A stretch of 64,000 nucleotides of DNA from an uncultured Methanosarcinaceae archaeon (GCA_963847185.1 CAWJYV010000008.1:192001-256000), one strand, 5' to 3'; positions 1-10,583 are shown, counted from the stretch's first letter. A program made the numbers and translations. The notes: generated from the sequence alone by a model not told the origin.

Positions 1-175
1 ATCCCACGGTAAATTTAATTTTCAAATTTTTTAATGAATTCTGGAAAATGAGTATGCATTTTATTTTAAAAAAGAGAGGGAGAGTCTTTTATTTCAACTT
101 TTAGCAGCTCCCTCAAGGTCAAATCCTCAAGTGGTCTAAATAGCAATAATTACATGAGCTGATCGTGTTTTTATT

Positions 176-931
176 TTACAAATGAGTATTTCCTATTCTA
201 ATCTCATTTGTCGCTTTCCAGAAACCAGGGATATAGTGCTGCGTATAAGTAACCTTATGTCTTACTTTTGCTTCCTTTGTCCCTTCCCAGGAGCCTGGGA
301 TATATCGAGGTTTACTCTCTATCTTGAAAGTTTCCTCAGTCGCTCTCCACAGGCCTGGGATATAACGAGGTTTATAATTCACCTTCGGTTTCATTTTTAT
401 TTCTCTTATTCCCTTCCAGAAACCAGGAGTATAGTGAGGTTTGCTCTCCATCTGGGCAGTTTCCTCAGTCGCTCTCCACAACCCAGGAACATAACGAGGA
501 GTGTAATTAACCTTATGTTTTACCTTTGTTTCTTCTGTTGCTTTCCACCAGCCAGGGCTATAACGAGTGTTGTTTTCGAGTTGGGAGGGTTCCTTAGTCG
601 CTCTCCACAATCCTGGGACATAACGAGGAGTGTAATTAACCTTATGTTTTACCTTTGTTTCTTCTGTTGCTTTCCACCAGCCAGGGCTATAACGAGTGTT
701 GTTTTCGAGTTGGGAGGGTTCCTTAGTCGCTCTCCACAATCCTGGAACATACCGAGGTGTATAGCTAACTTTCGGTTTTACCTTTACTTCTTCTGTTGCT
801 CTCCAGAAGCCAGGATTGTAATGAGATTTATAGCTAACTTTCTCATCTATCTTTAAAATTTTCTTGCCTTCAGTTTTGGTCTGTTTAGTCATTTTGTCAG
901 CTTTTGCTTTTGCTGTATGTTTCTTAGCCAA
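176..931 (-). CDS. Basic tandem-repeat protein with 10 x (R/H)Y-x-P-G-x-W-(K/R/E)-(A/G) motifs, function unknown
   Basis: ORF 176-946 in the track; a TTG at 931 follows a GGGG purine run and is the likely start. Near-identical 129-bp DNA tandem units start at 468 and 597. Confidence 0.75.
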   Translation of the reverse strand: MAKKHTAKAKADKMTKQTKTEGKKILKIDEKVSYKSHYNPGFWRATEEVKVKPKVSYTPRYVPGLWRATKEPSQLENNTRYSPGWWKATEETKVKHKVNYTPRYVPGLWRATKEPSQLENNTRYSPGWWKATEETKVKHKVNYTPRYVPGLWRATEETAQMESKPHYTPGFWKGIREIKMKPKVNYKPRYIPGLWRATEETFKIESKPRYIPGSWEGTKEAKVRHKVTYTQHYIPGFWKATNEIRIGNTHL

Positions 932-1347
932 GTAAATTTCCCCCAAATATAATTTAGTTTTTTACTGCGAAATAATCGCGAAAAAATCAAATGCTTCAGA
1001 TAAAGCCCATACTACGTTAGATAATGAAATCTAACATACTAATAAATATTAGTTAGTAGTATTTAGTTTTTTTGCACGAGTTTGGGAATTTTCTGACAAG
1101 TCTTCGTAATAAATAATCTGGAAGACATCTGAGATTAAATTTAACAGCTAAGATTTCAGCAAAGAAATCATAGTCAAAAGAGAAAAGCTCTATTTCTTTA
1201 TTCTTAATACGGAAGCAGTATCCCGTATGACTGAAAAATCACGTCCAGCAGTTTCTCATGAACCCTGCTGAATTTAACAGTTACAAATAAATAGTATATG
1301 GATTCCCAGGACTGTAAGGACACATTAGACGGGAATCCTCTTCTTAT

Positions 1348-1923
1348 TTAATCCTGCACCACTTCGGGAACTTCATAGGTTGCTAGATAATCCGGCTCGT
1401 AATATATAGAGTCACCCCAGGATATGATTTCTGCTATCTCAACAAAGGATATTGGACGATAGTCCGTAAGCTCTGTTGAGACATTTATTGTTTTCCTTTC
1501 GTGATCTATAAAAGGATGTTTTTCAAGATCGTGGCTGCGAAGATGTGCGTGGATTATCCAGCCATCGAAGTTCTCTGGTGCATCTGCGGGGTCATGTACA
1601 AGACAAAATTGTTCATCATCAACGTTTACAATCACATAGTCCAGGAGGAATTCTGTGCTTTCAGAACTTTCCTGTTCTCCTTTAATAAATACAATGTTTC
1701 CTGACAGGCGCTTTAACCAATAATCCATATCTTTTGCGTTTTCTCCATCTGAAAGGTCGCCCAGAAAATAAACGATGTCGTCCACGCACACCGTATCGTT
1801 CCATTTTTCGAGCAACACTCTATTCATCTCTTCTACGTCCATAAACGGGCGGTTATGGCACCGGATTATGTTTGTATATCCGAGATGAAGGTCTGCTGTT
1901 ACATAGAGGTTGGACTGACACAC
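1348..1923 (-). CDS. Calcineurin-like metallophosphoesterase family protein with degenerate motifs
   Basis: ADLHLG and LGDL motifs plus the 'RPF..VEEMN..L..WN' signature. GNHD is replaced by GEQE and HGHxH by HAHLR. Confidence 0.8.
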   Translation of the reverse strand: MCQSNLYVTADLHLGYTNIIRCHNRPFMDVEEMNRVLLEKWNDTVCVDDIVYFLGDLSDGENAKDMDYWLKRLSGNIVFIKGEQESSESTEFLLDYVIVNVDDEQFCLVHDPADAPENFDGWIIHAHLRSHDLEKHPFIDHERKTINVSTELTDYRPISFVEIAEIISWGDSIYYEPDYLATYEVPEVVQD

Positions 1924-2149
1924 ACTATATCACCAGATATATAATGATTTTTAATTATAAATAAATGTATCACAACATATGAAAAAACAGAATGTTTTGG
2001 TTAGTTTTGTCAAATATATACAAAACCAGTTATTATAATCTTCAAGGAAAATAATTCATGCCGTTTCCACAGTAAAATTTCAGGGTTTTATATTTTTTAA
2101 CTGGTCTAATTATTTTGTATAAACTCTCAATCCATTTTATCCCTCTGAA

Positions 2150-2500
2150 TCTGTCCCCTAACCTTGAATCCAAACTCATCCTGGCCACTATGGTCTTATT
2201 GCTGGCATATTTGATGGACTTGGAATTTCAAGTTTAATTGAAACTCTCCTCCCCAAGAAAAGTGGGCACAATATCCCTCATTCTACTATTCTTAAGTTAA
2301 TGTGCATCAACGATTTAGGTTTTTACTGAACGTCGTCTTTACCTAGTTCTTTCTTTTTTGAAAACTTCCCAACTGAAATGTTGCTGAGATAAGTTGTTCT
2401 CCTGGAAAACCTTAATGATGATGTTTTTGGAATCATATGATACTGAACACAGATACAGCCCCACTTTTTATTGCCTGAATTCTTGAGCAAAGTAAAATCT
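2150..2500 (+). mobile_element. IS1634-family transposase remnant (N-terminal DUF4277-like part, disrupted)
   Basis: Hand translation from 2183 gives GHYGLIAGIFDGLGISSLIETLLPKKSGHNIPHSTILKLMCINDLGF, then after frameshifts TERRLYL, FFENFPTE and ENLNDDVFG. This matches the IS1634 N-terminal pattern. Confidence 0.7.
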
Positions 2501-2751
2501 ATGCCGTTGTTGAGAAGCTTGCAAAGAAAAGAGAAAAACAAATTTTTCGTATCTTCTTCAAATTGTATGGGTAAAAGTAAATTTCACGTATTTGCTGAAA
2601 ACTTAATAATTTTGCCAAATCTAAAAAACATCTTCTGACGACGCATTCAACTTTAGAACTGTATGGTAAAATTGTTGCACAGTTTTCGAGCTGAAAAATT
2701 CTCCCTCGAATTTGAAGAGGATACAATTTTTCGAATAATTCCCTTGACATT

Positions 2752-2991
2752 CTAAGGGTGTACCTTTGTCAGTGATGTGATTAAACATCTTTCTGTATCA
2801 ATCTTAATCATCATCACACGATACTTCTTTAGAGAAGAAATATATTTTAAAACTCTATGCTGACTTAATTGCTCAGTAAAACAGTAATCAACAAAATCAA
2901 AAATTAGTTTCTTGTTTGTGTCAGAAATCGGTGTGGCTTTTAACGATTCAAGCCTTTTTTGGAGACTGAAGTTATGTATCCCTACTTCCAC
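2752..2991 (-). pseudogene. Truncated N-terminus of a tRNA-adjacent tyrosine integrase
   Basis: 'ISDTNKKLIFDFVDYCFTEQLSQHRVLKYISSL' resembles Methanosarcina integrase N-termini. It starts about 50 bp from the tRNA 3' end and has no catalytic domain. Confidence 0.55.
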
Positions 2992-3041
2992 TGTACCACT
3001 TCTTTAAGTGAAAAAGTAGGCTTTGAACTGAAAAAACGATA

Positions 3042-3115
3042 AGCCTCGTGCGTGATTTGAACACGCGACCTAGTGATTACAAGTCACTCGCTCTACCGGG
3101 CTGAGCCAACGAGGC
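3042..3115 (-). tRNA. tRNA-Thr (anticodon TGT), no intron, CCA not encoded
   Basis: Reverse complement GCCTCGT-TG-GCTC AGCCCGGTA GAGC-G-AGTGA CTTGTAA TCACT-AGGTC-GCGTG TTCAAAT CACGC-ACGAGGC folds into a full cloverleaf. Confidence 0.97.
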
Positions 3116-3289
3116 AAACTGCAACTGACAGCAGACTTATCTAATTACAATACTCACAGATAAACTTTATGGCAGGATTCTCCTTTTGGAAGCAACTTAT
3201 TAAATTTTTATCTATTTTCCTTTATATGTTTTTATCTTTTTATCGTAACACACAAGCCTTATGGCATTCCTGCTATATATCTCGTTTAA

Positions 3290-3877
3290 ATGTGGCAGGA
3301 AATTGCAAAACACGGGTGCAAGCTGGTTGAACATGGGCTTGTAGAATCCAATTTCGGAAACATCAGTATTCGAGCTGGCGATAAGATGCTCATTACCAGG
3401 ACCGGTGCTGCGCTTGATGAGATCACGGAAAATAGTGTTGTTGAGGTGGACACTCAGGGCGTTTCATCCCTGGACATTATCGCGTCTTCTGAGGCAGTCG
3501 TACACAGGGAGATCTACAGGCGCACTCCGGCTCTTGCGATCATCCACGTTCATTGTCAGTATGCAGTTGTGGAATCCTTGCTTGCAGGCCCTACAGGGGT
3601 AATCGTTCCTGTGGATAGTGAGGGACAGTATTTCCTTGGAGATATTCCGGTCGTAGGAGGAGGAATTGGCAGTCATGAGCTTGCAGACAATCTTGCAGAT
3701 GCCCTGTCCAGGCATCGGGGTGCTATAGTGTACAGCCATGGAACTTTTGCAATTGGGAGGACGCTTGGAGAGGCTTATGTCGTGACAACGCAGATAGAGC
3801 ACTCCTGTAAAATTAAGTATCTGTACGAAGATGCAGTTGCAAAAAGAGGGAATGTGGGAAAAGAGGGAAATGATTAA
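3290..3877 (+). CDS. Class II aldolase/adducin family protein (fuculose-1-phosphate aldolase-like)
   Basis: GNISIR, ASSE..VH..IY, HVH and SHG metal-binding motifs. Confidence 0.9.
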   Translation: MWQEIAKHGCKLVEHGLVESNFGNISIRAGDKMLITRTGAALDEITENSVVEVDTQGVSSLDIIASSEAVVHREIYRRTPALAIIHVHCQYAVVESLLAGPTGVIVPVDSEGQYFLGDIPVVGGGIGSHELADNLADALSRHRGAIVYSHGTFAIGRTLGEAYVVTTQIEHSCKIKYLYEDAVAKRGNVGKEGND

Positions 3878-4072
3878 GTTTATCTATTCAATGTGCAGAT
3901 TACCAGACATGTATCCTTAAGTATAAATATAAAAAACAGGTAAACACAGAAACAATATCGATAAGCGAGTAGATCAGCAGATCCAGCCCTTAATTCGGGG
4001 CAAGATGAGTTGCCTGCTTTTGTGACAGCTTTTTATCACGGATATCTAAATAAAGGAAGAATCTCGAGTACC

Positions 4073-4684
4073 ATGACGTTTAATACCCTGAGACCTTTTG
4101 CCACTAAAGTTATTGACCCTCTGGCAGATTTCTTTGTCAGATGTGAGGTCTCACCTGATACAGTTTCCCTGGCTTCCCTTGTCTGTGCCTTTTTTGCGGG
4201 GCTGAGCTTTTACTATTCCCCTGTAGCTAAGGAGTTAATCCTGCTGGCAGGCATTCTGGTTGTATTCAACTCCGTTCTTGATGCCCTTGATGGGTTGATT
4301 GCGCGAAAATCCAATCGTGCCACTCCCAGGGGAGATTTTCTGGATCACGTTATAGACCGTTATTCGGATGTCTTTATTATATGCAGTATCTTTTTTGCAG
4401 GTTACGTGCAATGGCAGATCGGGGTCGTGGCAATTGTAGGGGTCATGCTCACCAGTTATCTGGGTACCCAGGCTCAGGCTCTCAATCTGGGAAGATACTA
4501 TGGAGGGATTATGGGCAGGGCTGACCGCCTTGTAGTCATAATCCTTGCTTCTTTCATTAACTTTGCCTTTTCAGCTTCAATAGGAGGTTTTTCAATCCTC
4601 GGCTGGGCTGTCATCCTCATTGCAGTAACCAGCCATATTACTGCACTCCAGCGGATCCTCCATATCTGGAAAAGGCTTGAATGA
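4073..4684 (+). CDS. CDP-alcohol phosphatidyltransferase (archaeal polar lipid head-group synthase)
   Basis: DALDGLIARK...GDFLDHVIDRYSD motif with multiple TM helices; ATG at 4073. Confidence 0.92.
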   Translation: MTFNTLRPFATKVIDPLADFFVRCEVSPDTVSLASLVCAFFAGLSFYYSPVAKELILLAGILVVFNSVLDALDGLIARKSNRATPRGDFLDHVIDRYSDVFIICSIFFAGYVQWQIGVVAIVGVMLTSYLGTQAQALNLGRYYGGIMGRADRLVVIILASFINFAFSASIGGFSILGWAVILIAVTSHITALQRILHIWKRLE

Positions 4685-4783
4685 TTCTCACATTTTTATT
4701 TTTTCAATCAAAAGGCATTTCCCATGCTTAACTGCGGCTTCTGCAGCGGATAAGTTAATGTAACACAAAAGCAATACTTGACT

Positions 4784-5224
4784 ATGCCTTCTCAACAAAA
4801 AAAGTATGAGTATCTGGAGCATACTGCAGATATAAAGTTCATTGCTTATGGAAAAACTCTGGAAGAAATATTTGAAAATGCAGCTCTTGCTATGTTTAAT
4901 GTTATAATTGACACTGAGAAGGTTTCGGGAGAGACGGGAAGAGAAATTTATCTTAACTCTCCTGATCTGGAATCCCTTCTTGTGGATTGGCTTTCCGAGC
5001 TCCTGTATCTTTTCGAAGTCGATGAAATAGTTTTCAGGAAATTCCGGGTTGAAGAAATAAATGAAGAGAAAGGTGAGTATTCAATAAAAGCCAGGGCGGC
5101 AGGTGAAAAATACTATCCTGAAAGCCATCCTTTTGAAACCGAAATCAAGGCTGTTACGTATAATCAATTAGAAGTAAAGAAGATTGATGACGGCTGGAAA
5201 GCTCAGGTTGTTGTAGATATTTAA
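4784..5224 (+). CDS. Archease (RtcB activator)
   Basis: YEYLEHTAD N-terminus, EIKAVTY, C-terminal VVDI; lies directly upstream of rtcB. Confidence 0.95.
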   Translation: MPSQQKKYEYLEHTADIKFIAYGKTLEEIFENAALAMFNVIIDTEKVSGETGREIYLNSPDLESLLVDWLSELLYLFEVDEIVFRKFRVEEINEEKGEYSIKARAAGEKYYPESHPFETEIKAVTYNQLEVKKIDDGWKAQVVVDI

Positions 5225-5599
5225 AAAACAGGAATTTACTCTATCCCTTATTGTTTTTCCTATCTGTATTGTTTTTCCTATCCCTTAGGGCTTTTATTTC
5301 CTTTTTTACCCTTCTTGCGACATACATATCTTCATGTATGTGAGTTGTTATTCTATTTCATCTATAATATTGAGAATCATCTGGTTCTAAGATAATTCAT
5401 CATGGTTCGACTGAATCCTTATACATTATTCATAACTTATCTCATTATCAGGCATTTCGAAGTATCTCTTGCTCTTAATGCAGCTTGACGATATGTCTTA
5501 ATTACATTTCAGAGTAATTTGCTGAACCTTCATAAAATGGAAGTAAATTAGTAGTTTTAGAATTATATATAAAACGTAAAGGAGCAGGGAGCATCAATT

Positions 5600-7102
5600 A
5601 TGGTAGAGAGTGAAGATACAGCTATTGAAGAATTAAACAAGGAAAATGTGCAGGCAGATGTAAAAAGTATGGTCCGGAAAATTTCTGAAAATAACTGGGA
5701 AATTCCTGTAGGACACATTCCCAGCATGAGAGTTCCGGGCCGTTTATTTGTATCCGAAAACCTGCTTAAAGATATTGAGCCCGGGACTATCGATCAAATT
5801 GCAAACGTAGCTACCCTCCCTGGCATTCAGAAGTATTCCATGGCAATGCCTGATGCCCATCTTGGCTATGGTTTTGCTATTGGAGGTGTTGCGGCTTTTG
5901 ATGCCGAAGAAGGAATTATCAGTCCTGGAGGAGTGGGCTTTGATATTAACTGTGGTGTAAGGTTAATTCGGACTAACCTTCAGAAGGAGGAAGTAGTTCC
6001 GTATATAAAGAATTTGACCGATGAACTGTTTAACAATGTGCCCGCAGGTGTAGGTTCAAAAAGCAGGTTCAGAGCTTCTGAACAGGAACTGGACAGTGCT
6101 TTTCTTGAGGGTGCAAAGTGGGCTGTAGAAGCAGGTTATGGAGTGGAAGCCGATGTTGAGCACTGTGAGGCAAATGGGTATCTGGAAGGAGCCGACACTT
6201 CATGTGTAAGCACCAAAGCCAGGAAAAGGGGAAAGCCTCAGTTAGGCACTCTCGGAAGCGGCAACCATTTCCTTGAAGTGCAGTATGTAGATGAGATCTA
6301 CGACAGAGAAGTAGCATCTGCTTTTGGGCTTGAAAAGGGCCAGGTCACGGTAATGATCCACTGCGGATCAAGAGGCGCCGGACACCAGATTTGTACGGAT
6401 CACCTGAGAGAGCTTTCGAAGGCTGTAAATAAATATGGAATTCAGATCCCGGATAAGCAACTTGCCTGTGCCCCAGCTCAGTCAAGAGAGGCACAGGATT
6501 ACTTTAAGGCCATGCTCTGCGCTGCAAACTATGCCTGGGCAAATCGACAAATGATTACTCACTGGACAAGGGAATCTTTTGAAAAGATATTTGGCAGGGA
6601 TGCCGATGATATGGGAATGAGCCTCCTTTATGATGTTGCTCATAATGTGGCAAAGCTCGAAGAGCACAATATTGATGGAAAGAAAAAAGAGGTTTACGTT
6701 CACAGAAAAGGGGCAACAAGGGCATTTCCTGCTGGACATCCCGAGGTTCCTGTCGATTACCGGGATTCGGGACAGCCGGTTTTGATTCCCGGAAGTATGG
6801 GAACTCCTTCTTTCATACTCTGTGGTTCAAAAGCTGCTATGGACATTTCTTTCGGCAGCGCCTGTCATGGAGCTGGCAGAATTATGAGCAGAGCGCATGC
6901 GAAGAAAGAGTTCCACGGCCAAAGTATAAAAGATAACCTTGAAGCCCGTGGAATTACTGTAAGAGCGACACACCCATCTGTAATTGCAGAAGAAGCTCCG
7001 GGTGTATATAAGTCTAGCAGTGAAGTGGTAAATGTTGTGCATGAACTGGGAATTGCCCGTAAGGTTGCAAGAGTTATTCCCCTTGGGGTTACAAAAGGTT
7101 AA
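5600..7102 (+). CDS. rtcB: tRNA-splicing ligase RtcB
   Basis: [39 protein letters not shown] and SACHGAGR motifs. Confidence 0.97.
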   Translation: MVESEDTAIEELNKENVQADVKSMVRKISENNWEIPVGHIPSMRVPGRLFVSENLLKDIEPGTIDQIANVATLPGIQKYSMAMPDAHLGYGFAIGGVAAFDAEEGIISPGGVGFDINCGVRLIRTNLQKEEVVPYIKNLTDELFNNVPAGVGSKSRFRASEQELDSAFLEGAKWAVEAGYGVEADVEHCEANGYLEGADTSCVSTKARKRGKPQLGTLGSGNHFLEVQYVDEIYDREVASAFGLEKGQVTVMIHCGSRGAGHQICTDHLRELSKAVNKYGIQIPDKQLACAPAQSREAQDYFKAMLCAANYAWANRQMITHWTRESFEKIFGRDADDMGMSLLYDVAHNVAKLEEHNIDGKKKEVYVHRKGATRAFPAGHPEVPVDYRDSGQPVLIPGSMGTPSFILCGSKAAMDISFGSACHGAGRIMSRAHAKKEFHGQSIKDNLEARGITVRATHPSVIAEEAPGVYKSSSEVVNVVHELGIARKVARVIPLGVTKG

Positions 7103-7271
7103 AATAAAATCCCGAATCAATACAAAAGAACATTAAAGGAAAATTTAAATTATAGGGTGGAACTTCAACCCTCAACTCTTTTTAATTATCTTTAATTACC
7201 TTTAATCCTTTTTAATTCTTTAATACCGATCGTACGTTGCTCGTTCAAGTTTTTTGTCTTCTAAGCATTTT

Positions 7272-8396
7272 TCATTCTCTTAGAGGATAGTCCCGGTTTT
7301 TAAATTCTTGCATACCGACTTCAGAAATGCTGGATTTTGATTCCGGATTGAATCTGAATACAATCATGCTTGAGTAGGAGGAGGTCTCAAAAGGCGTACC
7401 GTTTTCCATGAATATATTCGAAAAATACCTGACAAGGTTTTGGATTACCTTTTCATTTTTAAAGTCGTGGAAAATTGTCACGGCTTCTTTGCCAGGCTCA
7501 AGGCAAATTTCTATATTTTTCACAAGCTGGATTGCCAGGTACATCCTCCTGAAATGGATTAGCAGATCAGGTAAACTCATATCACAGACTGACTGCTTGC
7601 ACAAACGTTCCAGAATTTTTGTTGGATTTGGAACTTCCCCTGTTGCAAAAATTTCAAATTGGCTTCTGTGTAGAGTTACGAGATTGAACCTCTCAACATT
7701 ATAAGTGTACATAAGTTGAGTCCAGAATTCGGTATTATCATCGAGTTCTTTACATACAACATCAAGGTACCCAAAATGTTTCCGGATTCCAGGCATAACC
7801 TCATTAGAGGAAACTGATAGATTTTTTTTGAATGAAATCTGAGTTGAGTTTGCTCTCCTGAAAACGTGCTCAACATCAAGTTGTCTCCATCTGGCCAGGA
7901 AGTGGGAAATTAGCTGGGCAAAAAACTCTCTGCTATTTACCGTGGCATTGGAAAGAAGTACGAGTGCAGATTCAGGATTATGGATATCCTCACATTTTAT
8001 CGAGGTCCGGATTGTCCACTGGTAAATTCTGGAAACTCTATTCAGGTACTCTTCAAGTTGTTTCATATCCTGAATTTCGAATGGATTAATCAGTTCATTG
8101 ACAAGCTCCTCATCCGTGAGCCTGCCTCTGGTGTACCTGAACAGCCACTCTAACATCGTTTTATTTATGACTATATTTTCCCCATTCTGGATTGTATCGT
8201 TTAACTCTTCTTTTGCAGGAGTTTCTTTTAAAAATCTGATTGCTTCGTCGATACTTTTGTGGTACTTAAGAGCCGTGTCTGAAATTTCAATTGTATCCCT
8301 GATTGCCGCACTCAAGTTTCCATCATTGATATCCATAAGAGGCTGCAGCTTTTTAAGGTATTTATCATCAAGGGATATATTTTTCCTGATTAGCAT
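7272..8396 (-). CDS. Hypothetical protein with an N-terminal ribbon-helix-helix-like segment
   Basis: Intact 374-aa ORF; 'RKNISLDDKYLKKL...NLSAAIRD' fits the RHH pattern. Confidence 0.7.
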   Translation of the reverse strand: MLIRKNISLDDKYLKKLQPLMDINDGNLSAAIRDTIEISDTALKYHKSIDEAIRFLKETPAKEELNDTIQNGENIVINKTMLEWLFRYTRGRLTDEELVNELINPFEIQDMKQLEEYLNRVSRIYQWTIRTSIKCEDIHNPESALVLLSNATVNSREFFAQLISHFLARWRQLDVEHVFRRANSTQISFKKNLSVSSNEVMPGIRKHFGYLDVVCKELDDNTEFWTQLMYTYNVERFNLVTLHRSQFEIFATGEVPNPTKILERLCKQSVCDMSLPDLLIHFRRMYLAIQLVKNIEICLEPGKEAVTIFHDFKNEKVIQNLVRYFSNIFMENGTPFETSSYSSMIVFRFNPESKSSISEVGMQEFKNRDYPLRE

Positions 8397-9392
8397 ATTC
8401 CCACCCGATTTGATCCTGTTTTCTGGTCCTTATGCTACGGTCCATTACTGGACCTTAAAAGCAGGACTTTTTAGGGCTTCGGCTCAAAAGTTTAGATGAC
8501 TCTTTTTCATAACGAATATTTTGTAAACCCTGAAAGTCTTCACTCATAAGCCGATTTTCTAATACACGTAAGTGCTACTGAATATTAAATCTTTCTGTTT
8601 AATGTCATTATTTGATAATTTTTTAGAATATATTATTCATCAGGGATGTCATTTAATTTGACAGCCCTATATAATATTGTCTGCTCTTCAGATTATTACT
8701 ATCTCTTCTGATGCACAATTTTTTCTCTTGATTTTTATTTTTAAAACTTAAATTAGATTTTATTTTTAGCATTAAATTGAAAAAGTGACAACAGGTCAAA
8801 AACAGATGACACCAGTTCACAACTCTTTATATATATATGTTAAGACAGTGTACAAATTGTAAATCAAAAAATTTAGTATGTAAATTAGGGCTGATATAAA
8901 CCGGAAGATCATGTTATTGGTTTAACTCTCTTCTTACAGTCTGTCTAACCTTCGGTTGTCTTTCTAACCTTTATAGTATCGGTTGACATTTATCCTAACT
9001 GTAAGTTCAGAAATAACTTTGTGTAGTTTCCGTTTGAGTAATGGGGGAAGTATAATACTCAATCAGGTTCTTACAATTCTCTAATAATTCATGGTTTTCA
9101 GAGGTAATGCAGTCCGAAAAAAGCGGGTTTGGGAGTGGATTCATCGTGCCTGGCCGATTCAAATTGAATCATTTATCCAGCCAGGCACTTTCCTCCTTAC
9201 AAAAGAATAAAAATATTTTTTGGAATTTAAATTTTTTTCTGAGGTAGTGTGTAAAAAAAGAAATTAAGTAACAATACTCAGAAAATAGTGGTACAAAAAT
9301 CACACTAAAGCAAAAAATAGGGGGAAAGCCAAAGGAAAATTTTCCTCTGCTTTCGATTCTTTAAATGCTTTTTAATTTTGCTTTCTTTAAAT

Positions 9393-10343
9393 TTATGTCA
9401 GCTTGGTAACCGGGTGGTTTGCCAGATCTGCAATCTCTACGCCAAGTTCCTTTGCAGTTTCACCGAGCATAATGTCGACCATTGCAACAGCAGGGAAAAT
9501 CTGGTTGACGTTTTCGATAGGGCCGTAAAGCAGGAAGTCAGAACCTGCAATCTGAGCTACCAGGTTGGTACCAATGTCCGTAGGCATGTAAATTGCCTTG
9601 GGGTCAGGCTGAGTTTTCTTGAATTTGCGGAGCCAGTCCCATGCAGAGGCCATGTTGTGGTATCCGCCACCTACTGGCAGACCGAGTTTTGCTTTGATAG
9701 TTGGAACTGTGCGGATTGTTGCACCTGCGCCTGCACCGAGAGGCATTGCAGCAACGTCGATCAGGGGAATCTTTATTCCACATTCCTTTGCTACCTGGAG
9801 CATACCCTTTGTCTGTCCTGAACCTCCGACTTCAAGGATATCCATCTTTCCTTTTACGGTTGGATCAGTTGCGTTGAATGCAAGAACAATTGCAGCTTCC
9901 ACATCGCTCTCAGTGAGCACGTCCATTTCTGCCTGCTCGATACTTGCGTTAATCGAGTTGTGGATTGCCCTGTTTGCAACGCCGATTTCAGTACAGTACT
10001 GGGCTGCAGCTGCACGAACTTCTCCGGCTGAGGAGTCAACCAGGAAGGGGGTCCTGTCATCGATTCCAACGAACCAGTCGATGTAATGTTTAATTGCTTC
10101 TGGGGTTTCTCCTACAATCTGGTTTACGTAGGGGTTTCCTGTGGCATCGCTCATTGAGACCTGGGTGTTCCAGAGGGTTTCTGCAGCTGCCTTGTCGAAG
10201 ATACCCTTGTCCTCATCAGTTACAATTTTGTGCCTTGCGTAGAACATGGTACTAACTAACACGGTTGGGTACTCACCCGGCTGTCCGCCGAACTTTACTC
10301 CGCCGATCTCAAAAACTTCCTGTTTCCTGTCAAACTTGAACAT
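9393..10343 (-). CDS. mtrH: Tetrahydrosarcinapterin S-methyltransferase subunit H
   Basis: MFKFDRKQEV...GGQPGEYPTVL start; last gene of the mtr operon. Confidence 0.97.
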   Translation of the reverse strand: MFKFDRKQEVFEIGGVKFGGQPGEYPTVLVSTMFYARHKIVTDEDKGIFDKAAAETLWNTQVSMSDATGNPYVNQIVGETPEAIKHYIDWFVGIDDRTPFLVDSSAGEVRAAAAQYCTEIGVANRAIHNSINASIEQAEMDVLTESDVEAAIVLAFNATDPTVKGKMDILEVGGSGQTKGMLQVAKECGIKIPLIDVAAMPLGAGAGATIRTVPTIKAKLGLPVGGGYHNMASAWDWLRKFKKTQPDPKAIYMPTDIGTNLVAQIAGSDFLLYGPIENVNQIFPAVAMVDIMLGETAKELGVEIADLANHPVTKLT

Positions 10344-10356
10344 TTTGATCCCTCAC

Positions 10357-10572
10357 TTACATGAACATTGATGATACAGTGACATATATCAAGAAGAGCA
10401 GCAGGCCAAAAACTGCGCCGTACAGAATTCCGATATCTCTTCCTACTTTCTTTCCGATTCTCTGTGCAACTTCACTGTTGACGAACTCGATCTTTTCATC
10501 GATCTTATCGAGCCTTTTCATTACTTCATTGAACTCGCTTGGCTCTACAAATGCTGATGGTGCTTTTGCCAT
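10357..10572 (-). CDS. mtrG: Mtr subunit G
   Basis: RLDKIDEKIEF..SEVAQRIGKKVGRDIGILYG motif. Confidence 0.96.
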   Translation of the reverse strand: MAKAPSAFVEPSEFNEVMKRLDKIDEKIEFVNSEVAQRIGKKVGRDIGILYGAVFGLLLFLIYVTVSSMFM

Positions 10573-10583
10573 ATTTGTTCACC

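Noticed and set aside
468-760. 129-bp repeats as a CRISPR array
   Set aside because: The repeats are coding and in frame, with no unique spacers and no cas genes in the window.
182-856. 224-aa plus-strand ORF
   Set aside because: It is the antisense shadow of the repeat gene; the stop-free frame is propagated by the tandem repeat.
2323-2750. Short minus-strand ORFs 2323-2541 and 2499-2750
   Set aside because: They lie antisense to or beside the IS remnant and have no protein-like features.
4784-7102. Archease-rtcB adjacency as a novel system
   Set aside because: This is a well-established functional pair.
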